From contig OZ260666.1 in NCBI GenBank assembly GCA_965285935.1, positions 12,896,001-12,960,000 of the forward strand: a stretch of DNA of 64,000 nt. The letters run 5' to 3'. The translations under genes and the position numbers were made by a program. This DNA comes from Ophelia neglecta. Its lineage: Eukaryota. Below the pieces are notes generated by a model that was not told the DNA's origin, did no database searches, and saw nothing but the letters and a program-made list of their open reading frames with translations. Position 1 is the stretch's first letter. Every line of letters begins with the position of its first letter. Of this stretch, positions 11,864 to 26,473 are shown in pieces.

Positions 11864-14800
11864 CCCGACAGAAGCGGCTAACTTCGGACAATTGGCCTAA
11901 TCATGATTACTGTATTTAGGGTCCGGCACGATCGCCATCTGACTCCTTGGTACATTGGGGAAAGTCAAATAGTCTTTTCTTGAACATCAAGACTCTTCAA
12001 TCATAATCGCTGGGACGTGGCGTCCTTTCTTCCGCTATCACCTTTTGCTCAAAAACATTCGTAACACTTTTTGTAGGAAAAGGTCCACTGTCAACGATGA
12101 CTTAAGGAGAAATGGAATTATCGCAACTATCGAGTGCTGATATATCCATAAAATGTATCATCAGACTGACTAGTGTTATCTGTCCGCATAAGGAAATTTG
12201 CATGACGTTGAATGATCTTGTAATTTGGTACAAATAATGATGTATATAAACAATAAATGACGTTTTTATGGATATTAATTATATCAATTATTCCGCGCAG
12301 CAGACAATAATTGTAGGTCGGTATCTTGATATCGTGACCTAGGAAGTTATTTTCATATCCTACTGTCAAAACCCTTTGTAAAAAACGGGAGTGGGTATCG
12401 GGCAGAGAAAGCCAAATCATCAATCAGGAACCAGCAGCCAAATACGTAAGGTCAACCAAATCTAAATACACTTATATCAATTTTATTCATGATGATCCCA
12501 CCCCCTATAATCAGTGGCCAGGTGGCTGATACTTGAGGGCGATTGGTACTTTGCCCCCCCCCCTACCCCCTCCTTTTCGTTACCTCCCTCTCCCCACATT
12601 TGTACTCGTATATCTTTCCCAGTAGTTTTCTATATCATCATTTTTGGCTTTAAATAGAAATGTACTGTTTTACCTTGACTTTGATCGTAGTGTACATAAC
12701 AATTTCTTTCTGGCAATGTTAAACTGATATCGCAACAGAAATAACGCGAGCAAAGAGGAATGGTAAAATGACAGAGCTGAAAGGCTATTCGTTTCCACTA
12801 AAGTCTTGGTTATGTATAAATATTAAAATTGTTAAAATATATGTGGACTGCATTCCATTCCTCTGCCATTACACTGGTGGCGTTTTATTGACCCATTACC
12901 TAAACAAAATATCTGTTCTTAAGTACGTACAAAAGGGAGGCAGATTATCGACGCGCGATCGGTTTTGACCTACTTCCCGCATTTCTTTATCCGGAAAGTA
13001 TAATGGTGACTTTTTAACTCCTGTACAATGTATACAGAAATTTTACACAGACATGTAGGAATCATGTGTCTAATGAAAAGAAAGTGCTGTATAATTACCA
13101 ATTTATAAAAAGAAATTTAATAAACAAACAGGGAAATTGTTTCCGACGAGAAGTCTTAGCAAGGTCAAACTATGCAGATCTTGGTTTTGAAATAAGTGCG
13201 AAGCCCACCGACCAACATAGAGCTGAGGTAGTCATGGTGAAGCGGGAGGGTGGGTCAAAGACAGAGTAAAACATACTAAGAATACTCCATATGCTCTTCA
13301 TCAGCACGGTTGCCTCATCTTGCGTATGTACGAGGTAGGTTGACTAGCTCCAGGGGTTGTTTTTGATACTATTGCCATGAGTTTTGGGTTATTCTTATTT
13401 TCGATGTGTAGCCAGTCAAATGTCTTTCATTGAAGAATGCCCCAGTTGTGTTTCTAGTCTGTGTTATAATCAATTAACTAACTGCTGACCACGGTCTACT
13501 TTCGTCTGCTGCAAGATTTTGGTTAAATTTGCTATCGCGCGACCTTAAAATCACAATAAGTCCTTAGCGAACATGTTTAATTTTCATTATCGATTTGAAC
13601 TTTTTCGATCTATGAATGCAATGCTCTCATCTTACACGTGTCTCTCTTGTGACAGTTAATAGGTGAAAACTGGGCTAGCATATTTACAGGCACCACACAA
13701 TGTACCCTAATCGGCTACTTCAGACTTTTACCTGCACCGAATTGTGGCCGCCAATCAATTATACAAATAAAATATATATGCAAAGCTTTCAGTGATAGGT
13801 TTACTCCTTATTTTAAGGTTTTGATATTTTTAAAATTTGGATGAGACAAGTAAAATGTTCTCTTGAATTGTCATATATAGAAATATAAGACAACTCATGT
13901 TTTGCGGAATCTGTTCATTAAAATTGCTTTTCAAACCCAGGTATAGTCGAACTTAATTTCTTTGCCTACTTTAAGACAATCTCTTTATGTTAGTACAATA
14001 CAATATAACTTGCTTTTATTAAACAAGTAACTTATACAAACTATAGATGGTATATTGTATAAATATACATGTAGCCGAGGTGCGAAAGGCCTAAAGGAGA
14101 TTTATTATGAACCTGAGGTATATACGGCTAAAATGAGGGTCATTACCAAGCTAATGACGCCGGCTTAAGCCGGTTTTCAATAAAAGTTTTTGTGCCGTAT
14201 CCAGTGTTACCTAGAATATTTATTAATTAGTTAAATAATCACAATTTTCAATTTTGTGGCTATACATTTTGAAAGAAGTCAGATGTAGAAGATTTTTAAA
14301 CTGAAGAAGTAAGAGTAAACAAATATCTTACGTTAAGAAAATAATTTTGATATCAGTAGCCATGGTTACCATAGGATAAGGGCAAATGCGAATTTATGAC
14401 ATCTTAACCTTTTTTTTCAGATTTGATATACGGTTGTTATCAGTTATTTGATCAAAAAGCCCATATCTCGTGATTCTTATGGTAATCTCACTACCCATTT
14501 ATGAGTTAGGTCCGGAGCTTTAGACTTTTCAAAATGCAACGTCCGTTAAGAAAGGGATAAATTGGTTTACGTTATATATTAACTAGGCTAAGAACATTCA
14601 GATGACCCCCTCAATAGGTCTGTGTAATACATGAACCAAGGCCCGGATGTTTTTTTTATTCCGTGATGCCCAACCCCCTCAATTCACCTGTTACTAATGT
14701 TCCCAGGTGTACGGAGTCATGGTGGTAACCGTTCACAAACAAAGTTTTCGACCGCAGACGTTAAACTTGCCAATGTTATTATGTCATTTGAGACTTGTAT

Positions 14801-16181
14801 ATAATGGACAGCTGAAATGAACCATTTTTTTACAGGAGCTTAATCATATAAGCTTTCAAGCAAAATAGAAGAATCACAGTTAAAATTTATATTGATGGGA
14901 CAGGGCCTACCTGCAAACCGTAGTGCCTATGAGTAAATTTCGGTCATCATGCTATTCGAGCAGGCAGACTATTCTCTTGCGTCTAGCATAGACCATGAGT
15001 CAGCCTCTGTAGGAGGATGGAAAGAGGTTTCTGTTCCTCTCGAGGGGAATCTAATGTTTTTTAAAAGCTTTTTTTTGGAAAGCTGGTGACCTGAATTTTC
15101 CGAATCCATTTGTTCCCAACAAACAAATGCATTCTGAATATGGCAGATCAGAGATGTCTCAGCATTGGGACCGCGACTGGTGCTAAATCATTATACTGAT
15201 TGATATTGTTCAGTTGCTATTGTAATCGCATAGTGAGATTTAAATAATGATGTTCAATGTTATTGAATTGTTATCTTAACTTTATTCAACTATTTTGCCA
15301 ATGAAAAGTTCAGATAGATGAAATGAGTTGTTTTATTCAACCACTATCTAGCTCATGTCACTTACATATGCTTATTAAAATACGTCTATAGGTTCAAAAT
15401 CTAAGAACTCGGGGCTATTTTGCATATATATGATCAAAACATGTCAAGAAAATTTGTCATATTTGACGTTGGAATTGTTAATATTATTAGAACCTCATAA
15501 TTGTGGGAAAATTAAGGTGAAGCCTCAATTGAAAGCTAGTCAACACGATCCCCGACAAAGTGTTTCAGAAAAGAGTAATTTGGCAATCTAGCTTGTGTGG
15601 ACACACTTTGCATGACAATATAATAACATCAACACATGTCATCGCTTCACATTATTTTCGACTGCAAAGCAAGCGTTTGATTTATCGTTTGGGCTTGGGC
15701 GCATAGATTAACTAGATTAGTCTGTGCTCTCATAACATGGACAGGTTAAGTAAAATAATATGAGTCAATAACAGTGTGTAGTTAATATCTGTTAAATTTG
15801 TTATATGTGCGCTGCTCCTTTCTGGCATAAATGACATGTTAAAATACTCCTTGACCTATAGACCTACGGAATATCCGTCGTGTTGTATTCTATATACGCA
15901 TGCAAATTTTACGTCTCTGGAGATATACACTAACCGCTAGAAATTGTTACACGATTTGCTATTCTGTGTTATATTGCGCGTTTAAAAAATGTACCAAATA
16001 GAACGCTGAAAACCAGTAACTTTATGATAAGAAACAGTTGATGATAATTGGCGTTCGTCCTGATATAATAGGCTCTTGATGTTAAGCTAACATAATCCTG
16101 TAAGATAGTTAGCTGAGCATAAGGTGTAGCACAAAGTTCACATGAACCATATATTCATAAAATACTTGTCAATTGAGACTT

Positions 16182-16411
16182 GGGCCCTGTTTGTGAAGAG
16201 ATCTTATGTTTTGGATTAGTTTGTCTTATATCTAATTAGCCGAGATCTCATAAATCGGGGTTTACATTGACCAGGATTAAGTTTAAGACTAAAATGGCTT
16301 GGTATATACCAAATCCTGCTTCAAGAATCCCCGATCAGCAAGTTATCACTCAATAATCATTTTAATCACGTTTTAAGTTATGAGTTAAGACCACTTCTAG
16401 AAACCGGGCCC
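16182..16411. mobile_element. Non-autonomous DNA transposon (PIF/Harbinger-like MITE)
   Basis: Imperfect TIRs: gggccctgtttgtgaagagatcttat versus the reverse complement of the right end, gggcccggtttctagaagtggtcttaa. Confidence 0.55.
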
Positions 16412-17729
16412 TGTTGATAATTGACTTACTATACTGGGTTATATTGCACGTTATATTGCACTGAATATCAGAAACTTCATTGAATTAGAAAATAGAAAGG
16501 ACGGGCCTGTGGCTAAAAGGAAAGGAATGGTGGGTCTTTGTTAGATGTAGGCAATTCCATTATAGGTGTATTACACTCAAATTCAATATTAATTTTTTTG
16601 TACAATATTTGCCTTAAACAAATATATTAGGCCTAGTTGTAATTTTGTTTTATATATTGGATCTGTGTGAAATGACACTAGGCAAGTGGTATGACACTAA
16701 GCACTGATGCAATGATGTATTTTCATACATTGTGGCTGGATTACCACTACATTACTACTTTACTTTTATCAGAACTACCTTAAGTTTACATGAAGAAGAA
16801 AGCATGATTACAAATAACTCAAAATATTGCTGCTCTCATTGTGAGCTTGCCCATATTGCTCTCTTCCCGAGAGAGCTAATGGTAGCGGTCTAGGTTAAGG
16901 ATTATTTTCAACCTTGTTGAATTTCTAGATTGTTGCTTGAATAGCTCCACCATATTTTGTTGACCCCACACCGGACCGATGTAATGCATCATTTTGTACT
17001 GGCCTTACTTAAATTGAATTTTTGCCTGGTATTTTGTCTCCTTTTAATTTTTTTTTTTTGGGGGGGGGGGGGGAGGGGGCGGTCCTCAATGGGAATTGGA
17101 AAGCATAAGGGATTAGTATTTGTGTATTGGGATGGTTGGAGAATGTTGAAGTGAGTAGACGACACGATCAGGACGGGCTAATGGATAAACTATAGGCTCA
17201 CAAATGGCACGGTACGGCAGATGATGAAATGATGTGACAAGAATACCAAACAGCAGAAAGAGTGGAATAAGAAAGCGTTGGCGATGAGAGAGTAAGGCAT
17301 TTTTTTCAGGGATACGACAAATTACTTTACATCCTCGGCTGGTTATTTCATGCATATAACGTAACTTTTGGTTTCATCACTTGATTCGTACATTTACACT
17401 AATTGATAATAATACTTCCCTTGCAATGGTTATAACGATATAGCAGGAATACATATGGTTTTGACACATACCACATAAAGTGTCCTTATTTACCAGTCAA
17501 TAATTTGCTGTGAATTATATTTTCTTTAACTACACTTCTTTAATTCACTTCAAATGACATATCAAATAGTCTATTACATACTTTCTCTCTCTCTCTATAT
17601 ATATATATGGAGGGTAAAAAATATATGGTAAGAAACAATTATTGAGGACCATATTCCAGACGGTAGCTTGTTTCAAGCCATTATAAAAATAAGAGCATGT
17701 GTAACAGTATAACACATTCTGTTTATACA

Positions 17730-17995
17730 AGACATATTTATTATGAATATTTACTGTACCCACCGGCCTGACCTTTATGGTAGTTTCATAGATAGGCCTT
17801 CTATTGATACAGTCACCTAATATTGGTTTATTGTCAAGAGCACAACATACAGTAATGCTGATCAATTGACTTTTAATACATGGTGTATATTTACACTGAC
17901 TACTTGATAGCTGATCAGCTGAGCTAGGTTTGATAGATTGATAATATTATCCAACCCCTTAATCTACCCTGCACGGACGGTGTAACCACCGTCTA
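17730..17995 (+). repeat. Old, highly diverged outlier copy of one array module
   Basis: ttatgaatatttactgtaccc...agagcacaacatacagtaatgctgatca...cagctgagctagg...cttaatctaccctgca matches the array module at 27735-28010 and 37380-37680. Confidence 0.75.
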
Positions 17996-20900
17996 ATTGT
18001 ATTACTCCCGGGGCGGTTTAAAACTGGCAGCATGCCATGATAGCCAGAAAGTGATGTTTTAATGTGCATATCGCAAGATGGCAATTCATATTTATGGTTA
18101 ATAGAGGACGACTCTATCAGGTTAACCTTGTTAAGTCGTAGCCATACAACATCATTATATATAGTGACTGTGCATTACATAACTGAATACATGCAAAACG
18201 TAATTCCTCCGGTCACACAATAACATATGTTATAGATAATGTGAAGTTGAAGCCGGTATGTTAGTGTGTTACCGGAGGTATTATGCCGGTAATAGAGCAT
18301 ATTTTGAAAGTGGGAAAAAGCTTATTTTCTCTCATTCAATAGCAAGCTGTAATCACAAAGTCAATTTTATGAAATTTGCCACTTTCTGTGTGCAATCCTT
18401 TAAAATAAAATACTCATTAAGTATATTGCTGGGGCCTTAATCCTGTTTCTTGAATAGCATCAGTCAGTAGCAAAATGTACCGTGTGGTGTGAATATTTAT
18501 ATATATTATAAAAGGACAACACGTACAAACCGTTTATTGTAAACGCTGGTGTCCACAGTACGCCAAATTTGCTAACCTTAGTTAAAGTTATTATTATGTA
18601 TATACGTAATCAGTCGTGGCGTTAGCATCATTCAAGCGTCCATCAGATGCAAAACATTAATGTATATACAAGAACCCTCTCAAATCCTACGGTAACATCA
18701 TATGAGCCTTATACGAATTCGACAGGCTTATGTTATTATGCGAGAAATCCAGCTAGCTAAAATGCCAACTAGATGAGCCATTGGGACTATATTCAGGGCA
18801 CATAACATGAACCCTTTATTTTGCCCCTCTGTTTTCTCAACTGGATCAGGCCCGACGTTTTATACTAAAATGATCAATTTTAGTTTCTTCATTTAATATG
18901 TAATCAAATGTTATCACTTTAAAAGAATACCTCCTAATATGACTTTTGGTGTTTGTCCATGAACCAAATAGTGGAAATAAGAATAGTTGCATCTCTCCAT
19001 GGTCACTGACACATAAATTGGTACCTATGCTAGGGCTTAGCCTACTTCTTTCAATACTACCATTTGTTTCCACGAACTGACATCAAATGTGCATGATTTG
19101 TTGAAAGAAAATGCATGAATTTGCGTCAATGATTAGCTCATTGGTAAGTAATAGTACTGATTATATTGCAAAAATGAACTTTTATACCCTAATGCGTGGT
19201 TATTAAGGGGCACGAAAGCAAGGATGAATAGGCAGCTATGGACGAGAAATTGTGGCTTGAGAGTAACATGATGTAACGGTAGTCATCGACTTGCCATTTA
19301 GCAGCCCAGTTTAAAAGAGTAAATGAGCCTAGAGCCGTATATGATGGTTTACATGCGTTGGGTACATGCGTATTTCGGCGTTATTTGGCGCAGACAAACA
19401 CAATAATGTCGGGAAATGTAAATCGTTATCATCAGACGCATGAATAGTTTGCTAATTTGGTTGCGCCTATATAATATAGAACAATAAGTCAATGACTAGG
19501 TTATTACTAGCTATTTCCGTGTTTTCATAACTAAAGTGGTATTACTAACGTGATGCATTGCGCATAGTTGTGACTTAATAGAACAAGGCAAGGCTAAGGT
19601 TGAGAGTATCTCATATGCACTAAACGTAAATTATGCTTTTGATCTAAACTGTTACCTATTGCACCATTCAGCAAAAGAAAAGTCAATCCCCCATCCCCCT
19701 CCCCTTCCTTCTTTTAGATTAGTATTATTTTACTTCCCTCGCATTTATGCGAGTGAAAAAATATGAGAAGTATTAGTGGTCTTAATTAAACTCTGGACCC
19801 AACTTAATATGGACCCAACAGTAGCTATGACATCTGACAGGTGAGACAAGTGGCCAATTAATCTTCCCTGTTTAAACACAACAAGTCGTTTATAACTGAT
19901 CATGATGATAAAATGTAACACTCATCGCCATGTGCCAATTTTTCATGCAGTTTTGTTGTTAATGACCTGAATTGTTATTTTATTCAAAGTGAAGGAAAGT
20001 CCCTGTCCTTTTGTGAACCACTTGTATAGATTATAATCCTCCAATAATCCTTGATACACACCTAGTGTACCATGACTTATCTATTATTTTATTTGTATGA
20101 CAAATTGTAGTTCGTTACATGGGGAATGATTAAATAATAGACAACATTGTCCATAGTGTGCCAACACATATAATGAACACCTTTTTTTCTATTCATTCAA
20201 TACTGCGAGAGTTTCCTGGGCATAAAATCATGTGGACAGCCGATTATATGATATCAACTAACAATGGACACTGCGGGTATCCAGCGTTGACCTTCGGGGT
20301 GCATGAAAACCCGGAAGATATACTCCAGCAATTTGGTTTGACCCATGAAGGCAAGTCAATATTTCCTTGACCGGTTACGCGTACCGTGCGTTGCATTGTC
20401 ATGGTTGGTTGAAATGCTAAACTGGCGCTTAATGTTTTACCTTATTACGCTTTATTTTAATACATTATTTTCTCAACTTCGCTGCAAAGGCTAAATCGAA
20501 TGTTGCTGGTGCCTATTCAAAGGAAATCAACTACATGTACAAAGTAATGTGTGTTCGGCGTCGGACGAGCGGTGGTGAGGCTATATAGTTGACACGGCCC
20601 TAGTTTGTCGACTTGGCGAAGGACATTTCGGGTACTTCTTTTTACTTTAGAGCTTCTCTTTAAAAAAAAAAGAGACATGGAAGTGCACCCAACTTTTCCT
20701 TCTGATACTTGTGTGTACATTAATACTTGTGAACCAAGTACAGTGAGTTCCCGAGGGCATTCTTTTCAAAACACTTTTCTTTTTAGGCTTCTAATAATAT
20801 GGTGCAAATTACATATTGGAGCATGAGGTCCAATAGTGGGGCGAGGGGGGGGGGGGGCACATGGCCAATGCTGGGCCATTAAAGACCTGTTTATCATAAA

Positions 20901-23900
20901 CACGCTGTACAAAATCAGTCAAATTCTGCGACTTTCTAACGACCTGTTTTTAAAGACGGCGCCGATATCACTTGATAGCGTATTGTACTAAATTTATAAT
21001 CCAGACGTCAAATCTTCTTGCACATTTAGGCGTGTACAATTCTTGTTAACGTCGTGGATGTATGCCTGTTAGCAGATAACCAGCACCACTCGCTGTAACT
21101 CCTGCAGCAGTAGTCCTGACCGGATTGAGGCGTAAACGCTGCATATACCGGGCCACGGGGTCTCAAGACTGTAGAATAGATTTAATCAATTTCATGAATA
21201 TAACATCACTGCCTTATGGCATCGTGCTTCGACACTATTTGATGTATATACAGTGGTACGAAAGGCTCTCCTGACACGTGAGAGAGAAAACAAAATGTGT
21301 CGCAAAAGGATTTAAAGCAGTTAAACAATTTCCCGTAAACTCTCAAGTCTTTTAACCTGTAATTTAAAAGGCTTTAAGGGAGACAGAGACAGATTTGTGT
21401 ATTGAAAATGTACCTCGGGTGAGGATAGGTAGTGGTGATAGGTGTGTGTGTGTGTGAGGGGGGGGGGGGGCTTGAAGATGTTTGGACGTTACATGATGGC
21501 GGATTAAAATAGGCTATCAATTCAACTGAAAGGGCGCGTGTAGATGGTGCATGTAGAAGAAGGGAAACACCCGGGCCTATGTATTGGTTAATTCTTGAAT
21601 TACCTCAGTGTAATTATATGTTCTACTATAGTCAAAATAGTCAGTAACGCGACTTAGTTTTTTGCGGTTTTTGACTTCTAAACTTCTGAGTTGAGTTCAG
21701 ACAATTTGCATATGGTCTTAGTCGGTCGCACGCATATCTCAAACCATATTTGAGACCAACATTGTCCGATAAGGCTTCTATCTTTGTTTTTTGAGGAGAC
21801 ATTGCCGGCGACTTGATATGACTCATTTATACTGTGACGCCGGCCGATTTAAAATGGCGCGAAAATTACAAGAAACGTACTATTATGTAAATTTGCGTTC
21901 TGTTTTTTAGTCATATCCTTATCATGCAATGACCTTGGTACGCCAGAGTACCCATGCTGACATAAGCATCGACAGCTCCAAATCCTAAGTCAATTGTTAT
22001 TTTGCCGGCGGGGTAGCCAATACTCAGTACTAACGATTTGGATCGAAGAATATTTAAAATATATACTATTTCACTGATATAAATTTTACCTGCAATGCTG
22101 ACTCACATGCAGTAAAACATTTTTTGGCTGTGGAATGTGAAATTTACTTATTGATGTCATAAATCAATGGGACCCTTACAACATATGTCAACAGTAGCTA
22201 TGGCAACCAGCCTCGACACTGTAGTGCCCTCAGATCAGGTTAACTGACCAATCTATCTTCTTTGAGTACACAAAACATAATAATAATTGAGTCAGTACAT
22301 GATAATACTTTACAGTGTATTAAGATAAAGAGATACCAGCTGATCAAATTAGGAGGCAAGTTTATGCCTACTAAGTGTTTATATGCATTCTGGTAGAAAG
22401 CTAGGTACAAGTTAAATTAAATATCTCATTGGTACGAAAGTCTCTCATTGCACGTGAGAGGGCAGACAAAATGTGGCTCAAAAGAAGTCAAAGCAGTTTA
22501 AAAGTTTTCCCTACACTGTTTAGTCTTTTAATTTGTAATTTAAAAAGTTTTAACAGGGACAGAGACAGATTTGTGTATTGAGAATGTCAATCGGGCGGGG
22601 ATAGATGGAACATTGGCTGCTGATGGGTTAGGAGCGTTACTTGGTTGCTGCACGTGGGTGGGGATGGGGAGGACATGCCATTGGGAAGTGACGTCAAAAG
22701 GAAAATATGGATTCCTGAAGGGTTGACCAAGTTATGTAATGTCAGATCAATGGTTTGATGCCGACTCGGGGTAGTTTGGGGCATACACTAGCAGTTACCA
22801 GATAAAAGACTGGCCTGGAGTGACGCAGAAGTTCTTTTTGCAACTTTTTACATTCGTGATCACCTCAGTATAAAGTAAAGTCGGTAACTAACATTATAAT
22901 ATTTAATAGACCTATTCTAGTAACGTCTGCCACAGTCATGAAATCCAAAACTGAAATACAGCCCTATGAAATAACTATTCGATCTGCACGTACCTCAAAA
23001 CATTAGCAAATGTTATTTCTCTATATAATGCCTCATTGACATAATACAGTAAGTAATTACTGACAAACATCATCTCTGGTAGCATAACCTTGGTATAAAA
23101 GCGGTAGAGCTTCGTGAAAATCCCTGTTTTTTAATTATTAAACAGTTCATGAAATTGGAGGTAAAGGCAGGTTATTGATCTGTATGCCTAGGCCTAGATA
23201 CTATTTAGACAAGAGCTGATATGGTGTGCATTAAAATGGTAGTGACACCTGGTGTTCGCTTATGGTAGCAACCCAATGGGTATGACTCGATATGGTTATC
23301 ATTGATCCCAGGGTTAGAATGGGGCGGGGTGTGACTGTGTGTGTTTGCATGTATTCGGGATGGGAAGGTGAAGGTACAAAGTACAAAGCAATTACTGCCC
23401 AGAAGAGCTGGAAAATACCTTGTGTTTTATTAATACTGACTGAAGGATGGCTGGGATGCTGGTAGTGGTGATAGGTGTCGCGGGGATGGGGTTGGGGCTG
23501 GGCGGGTAGGGATGTAACTGAGTACCTGAAGAGTTTTCGATGTCTCATGGCGACGAATTAAAACAGGCTATCAATTCAACTGAAAGGTCGTGCGTTTAGA
23601 AAAAGGGACACAAAATGATCAACAATCTCCGACGCAGGCATGTGCAATAATTTCTGGGTACATTGTTTTAAATGATAAAGCTAGATACTGAGTTGTGTAT
23701 TATCAGCTGAGTGTTCCTGATGCTTTCCGGCCTATGTATTCATTCATATTTGAATTACCTCAGTGAAGTTGTATTTTCTACTAGGCATTTTTCTCCTGTT
23801 TTGTTGACCTCTAATTGGGAATGGAAGGCATAATAATGGATTGGAATTCATGGACGGATGACTTGGTAATGTTGAAATATGGAGACGAGCAGATCAAGAT

Positions 23901-26463
23901 TACTAAATGACAGGGTATAAGGGGAAAAGCAAGCTGCAAAATGAGGGGAATTGAAACCGATGGGTAGGATTCAGTAATGTTTTCGTCAGGAATAAGGCGA
24001 ATCTCATATCGAGCTGCATTTATGTGAGGATATGGGGCAATAAGTGCCCTTTATAGCTAGACAAGCATATTTAGACAATTTGAAATGTTATTTATGAGTC
24101 ACGAAACCATTCCCCTTCATTCCCCTTTTTATTTACTCTATTATTTGAGAACCACCCAGTATTGTCATTATTTTTTGGAGTGTAAGGAGAAAGAAACCAT
24201 GTCGATGAGCACACATACTACATTATTTAATTCATTTCAGACTCGAATTCGGTATTACAAGTTAGATTCAAATATCACTCTATAAGAATAGTGAAAAGTA
24301 AATGGAAACAAGGCGCTATACAGCATTAAATTCTAGTCAGTAGTTTATTGCCACCCATTAATAATCCTATTATTAGGCAATGTAGTATATCAAATATGGT
24401 TTTACAGTAAATATTGATTACGGATATTTACTCTGCCCTTCGGATTGGCATGTTGGTGACTAGAAATACTATTTTCATATATATGCGCCTCTATTAACAT
24501 AGACTATCTACGACCATTCATTGTTTTCGTGTAGAGAGCACGAAACATAGTGATGCTGATCAGCTGACAGTTGATACAGTACCTATATTTGCAATCGCCA
24601 GTTGAGTTTACCAGCTGATCTAGGCTAGATGGATATGTAACACTTCCTCTGCCCTAATATACCCTGCATTGGCGAGCTCACCATTACAGCTTCGTACATG
24701 GTTCTCATAGTCAACAATGTTGAGAAAAAGCCTATAATTTCAAGCCGTCGGCCAATGGACGTAATTTATGGCACATTAACACACGTATCATGTAATTTTG
24801 TTGCCATATGATTCAGTAAGTTTGAATTGTATTCATGAGTTGCAAAGTTAAAACAATTAGTTTGTTTAAATTCTGTTAATAGGCATATGCTGAATCAATA
24901 AATGAGCCAATCAATCAATCGATCTATCAATCCAATCAAACACGCCTTTGGGTACTTGACGAGTTTCGCAAGCAAAAGGGTCATCAGTCGCCGAAGTAAG
25001 CATGATCAATGATTTTCCCTAAGACTAAAGAAGCTTGTGAGAAAAAGGCTCCGCGACTCGGGCCATGCTTACTAAGTGCCGAAGAATGGCTAAATATCTG
25101 GTGGCTTAAATGCTAATCTGAAAGCCATTTGGTCAAAGTTAAGCCCATAGAGAAGTTGGAGTATGGAAATGCAAACACAAAAACCTAACATTTTGCAGTT
25201 AATTGTCAGCGTCTTCGGCCCGCAAGAGATAGCAACGTTCGTGTCATGCCTTTTTTTTGGATCCATGCCATTGACATCGGCTTAGGACGTGTTTGACGAT
25301 GTAACATGGCAATATACTATATTCATACCTGGAAACAGGAGTTTAGACATAGTAATTTACCAGGAAAACTGCTCCACATTGTTATAGCAACGTTTAACAT
25401 CCCTCTATTGAATGATTTCAAATATCAAAAAGAGGCCAGTGCCAAAACATATTTAAGAACACCAAATAATATTTCCATGATATCAATTTTACCCGCAATG
25501 CTGACTCAGAGTACATCATATTATGGCTGTGGGGTGTGAAATTTACTTAATGATGTCATAATTAATGAGAGCCTTACAACATATGGCAACAGTAGCTATG
25601 GCTACCAGGCAACCAGTAGTGCCCACAGATCAGGTTAAGAGGACGATCTGTCTTTTTTGGTTACACAAAACAAGAAAATTATTGCGTCAGTACCTGATAA
25701 TGCTTTACACTGTACATGTATTAAGATAAAAGAGCTACCAGCTGATCAGATAAGTGGGCAAGTTGATGTATATACAGTGGTACGACAGTTCTTATTGCAC
25801 GTCAGAAGACAAACAAAATGTGGCACAAAAGGAGTCAAAGCAGTTAAACAATGTCCCTTATAGTGTTAAGACTTTTAATTTGTAATTTATAGGCTTTAAG
25901 AGAGACAGAGACAGATTTATGCATTGAACATGTAAATCGGGTGACGATAGATGGAATGTGGTTTGTTGAGGGGTTAATAGTATAATGCTGTTGCTTCAGG
26001 TGGGTGGGAATGGGGAGGGCGCGGCATTTAGAAGTGACGTGTAAGGGAAATTATGGATTCCTGGGGTTTGACCAAGTTATGTAATGACAGAGAGCCTCAT
26101 AGCTTGATGTCAAATCAGGAGCTTAAGGAAAACAGTGGCAGTCAACAGTTAAAGGACTGGCCCGGAGCGACACATCTGAGGGCTTCTTGTATCTATATAC
26201 ATTCGTAATCACCCCAATGTATAGTAAAGCCGGTAATTATCCACATAATCGTTAATAGACCTTATTCTGGTGTCGTATGCCACAGTCACAAAACCTAAAA
26301 CTTTAATACAGCGCTTTGAAATTACCATCCCATCTGCATGTACCCCACAACCTTAGCAAATGTTTTTTCTCTATATAATGCCACATTAATACAATTCAGT
26401 AAGTAATTACTAAGATACGTAATCTCTGGTAGCATAACTTTGATATAAAGCGGTAGAGCTTCA

Positions 26464-26473
26464 GGAAAATCCC
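26464..26473 (-). promoter_or_regulatory. NF-kB/Rel consensus site GGGATTTTCC (representative copy; also at 30234, 36039, 41295, 46604, 49271, with variants at 23115, 39432, 45535)
   Basis: Exact match to GGGRNYYYCC on the minus strand. Function is not demonstrated. Confidence 0.35.

Noticed and set aside
11516-11881. Plus-strand ORFs 11516..11881 and 11568..11816
   Set aside because: Antisense shadows of exon 1 of the Ig gene.
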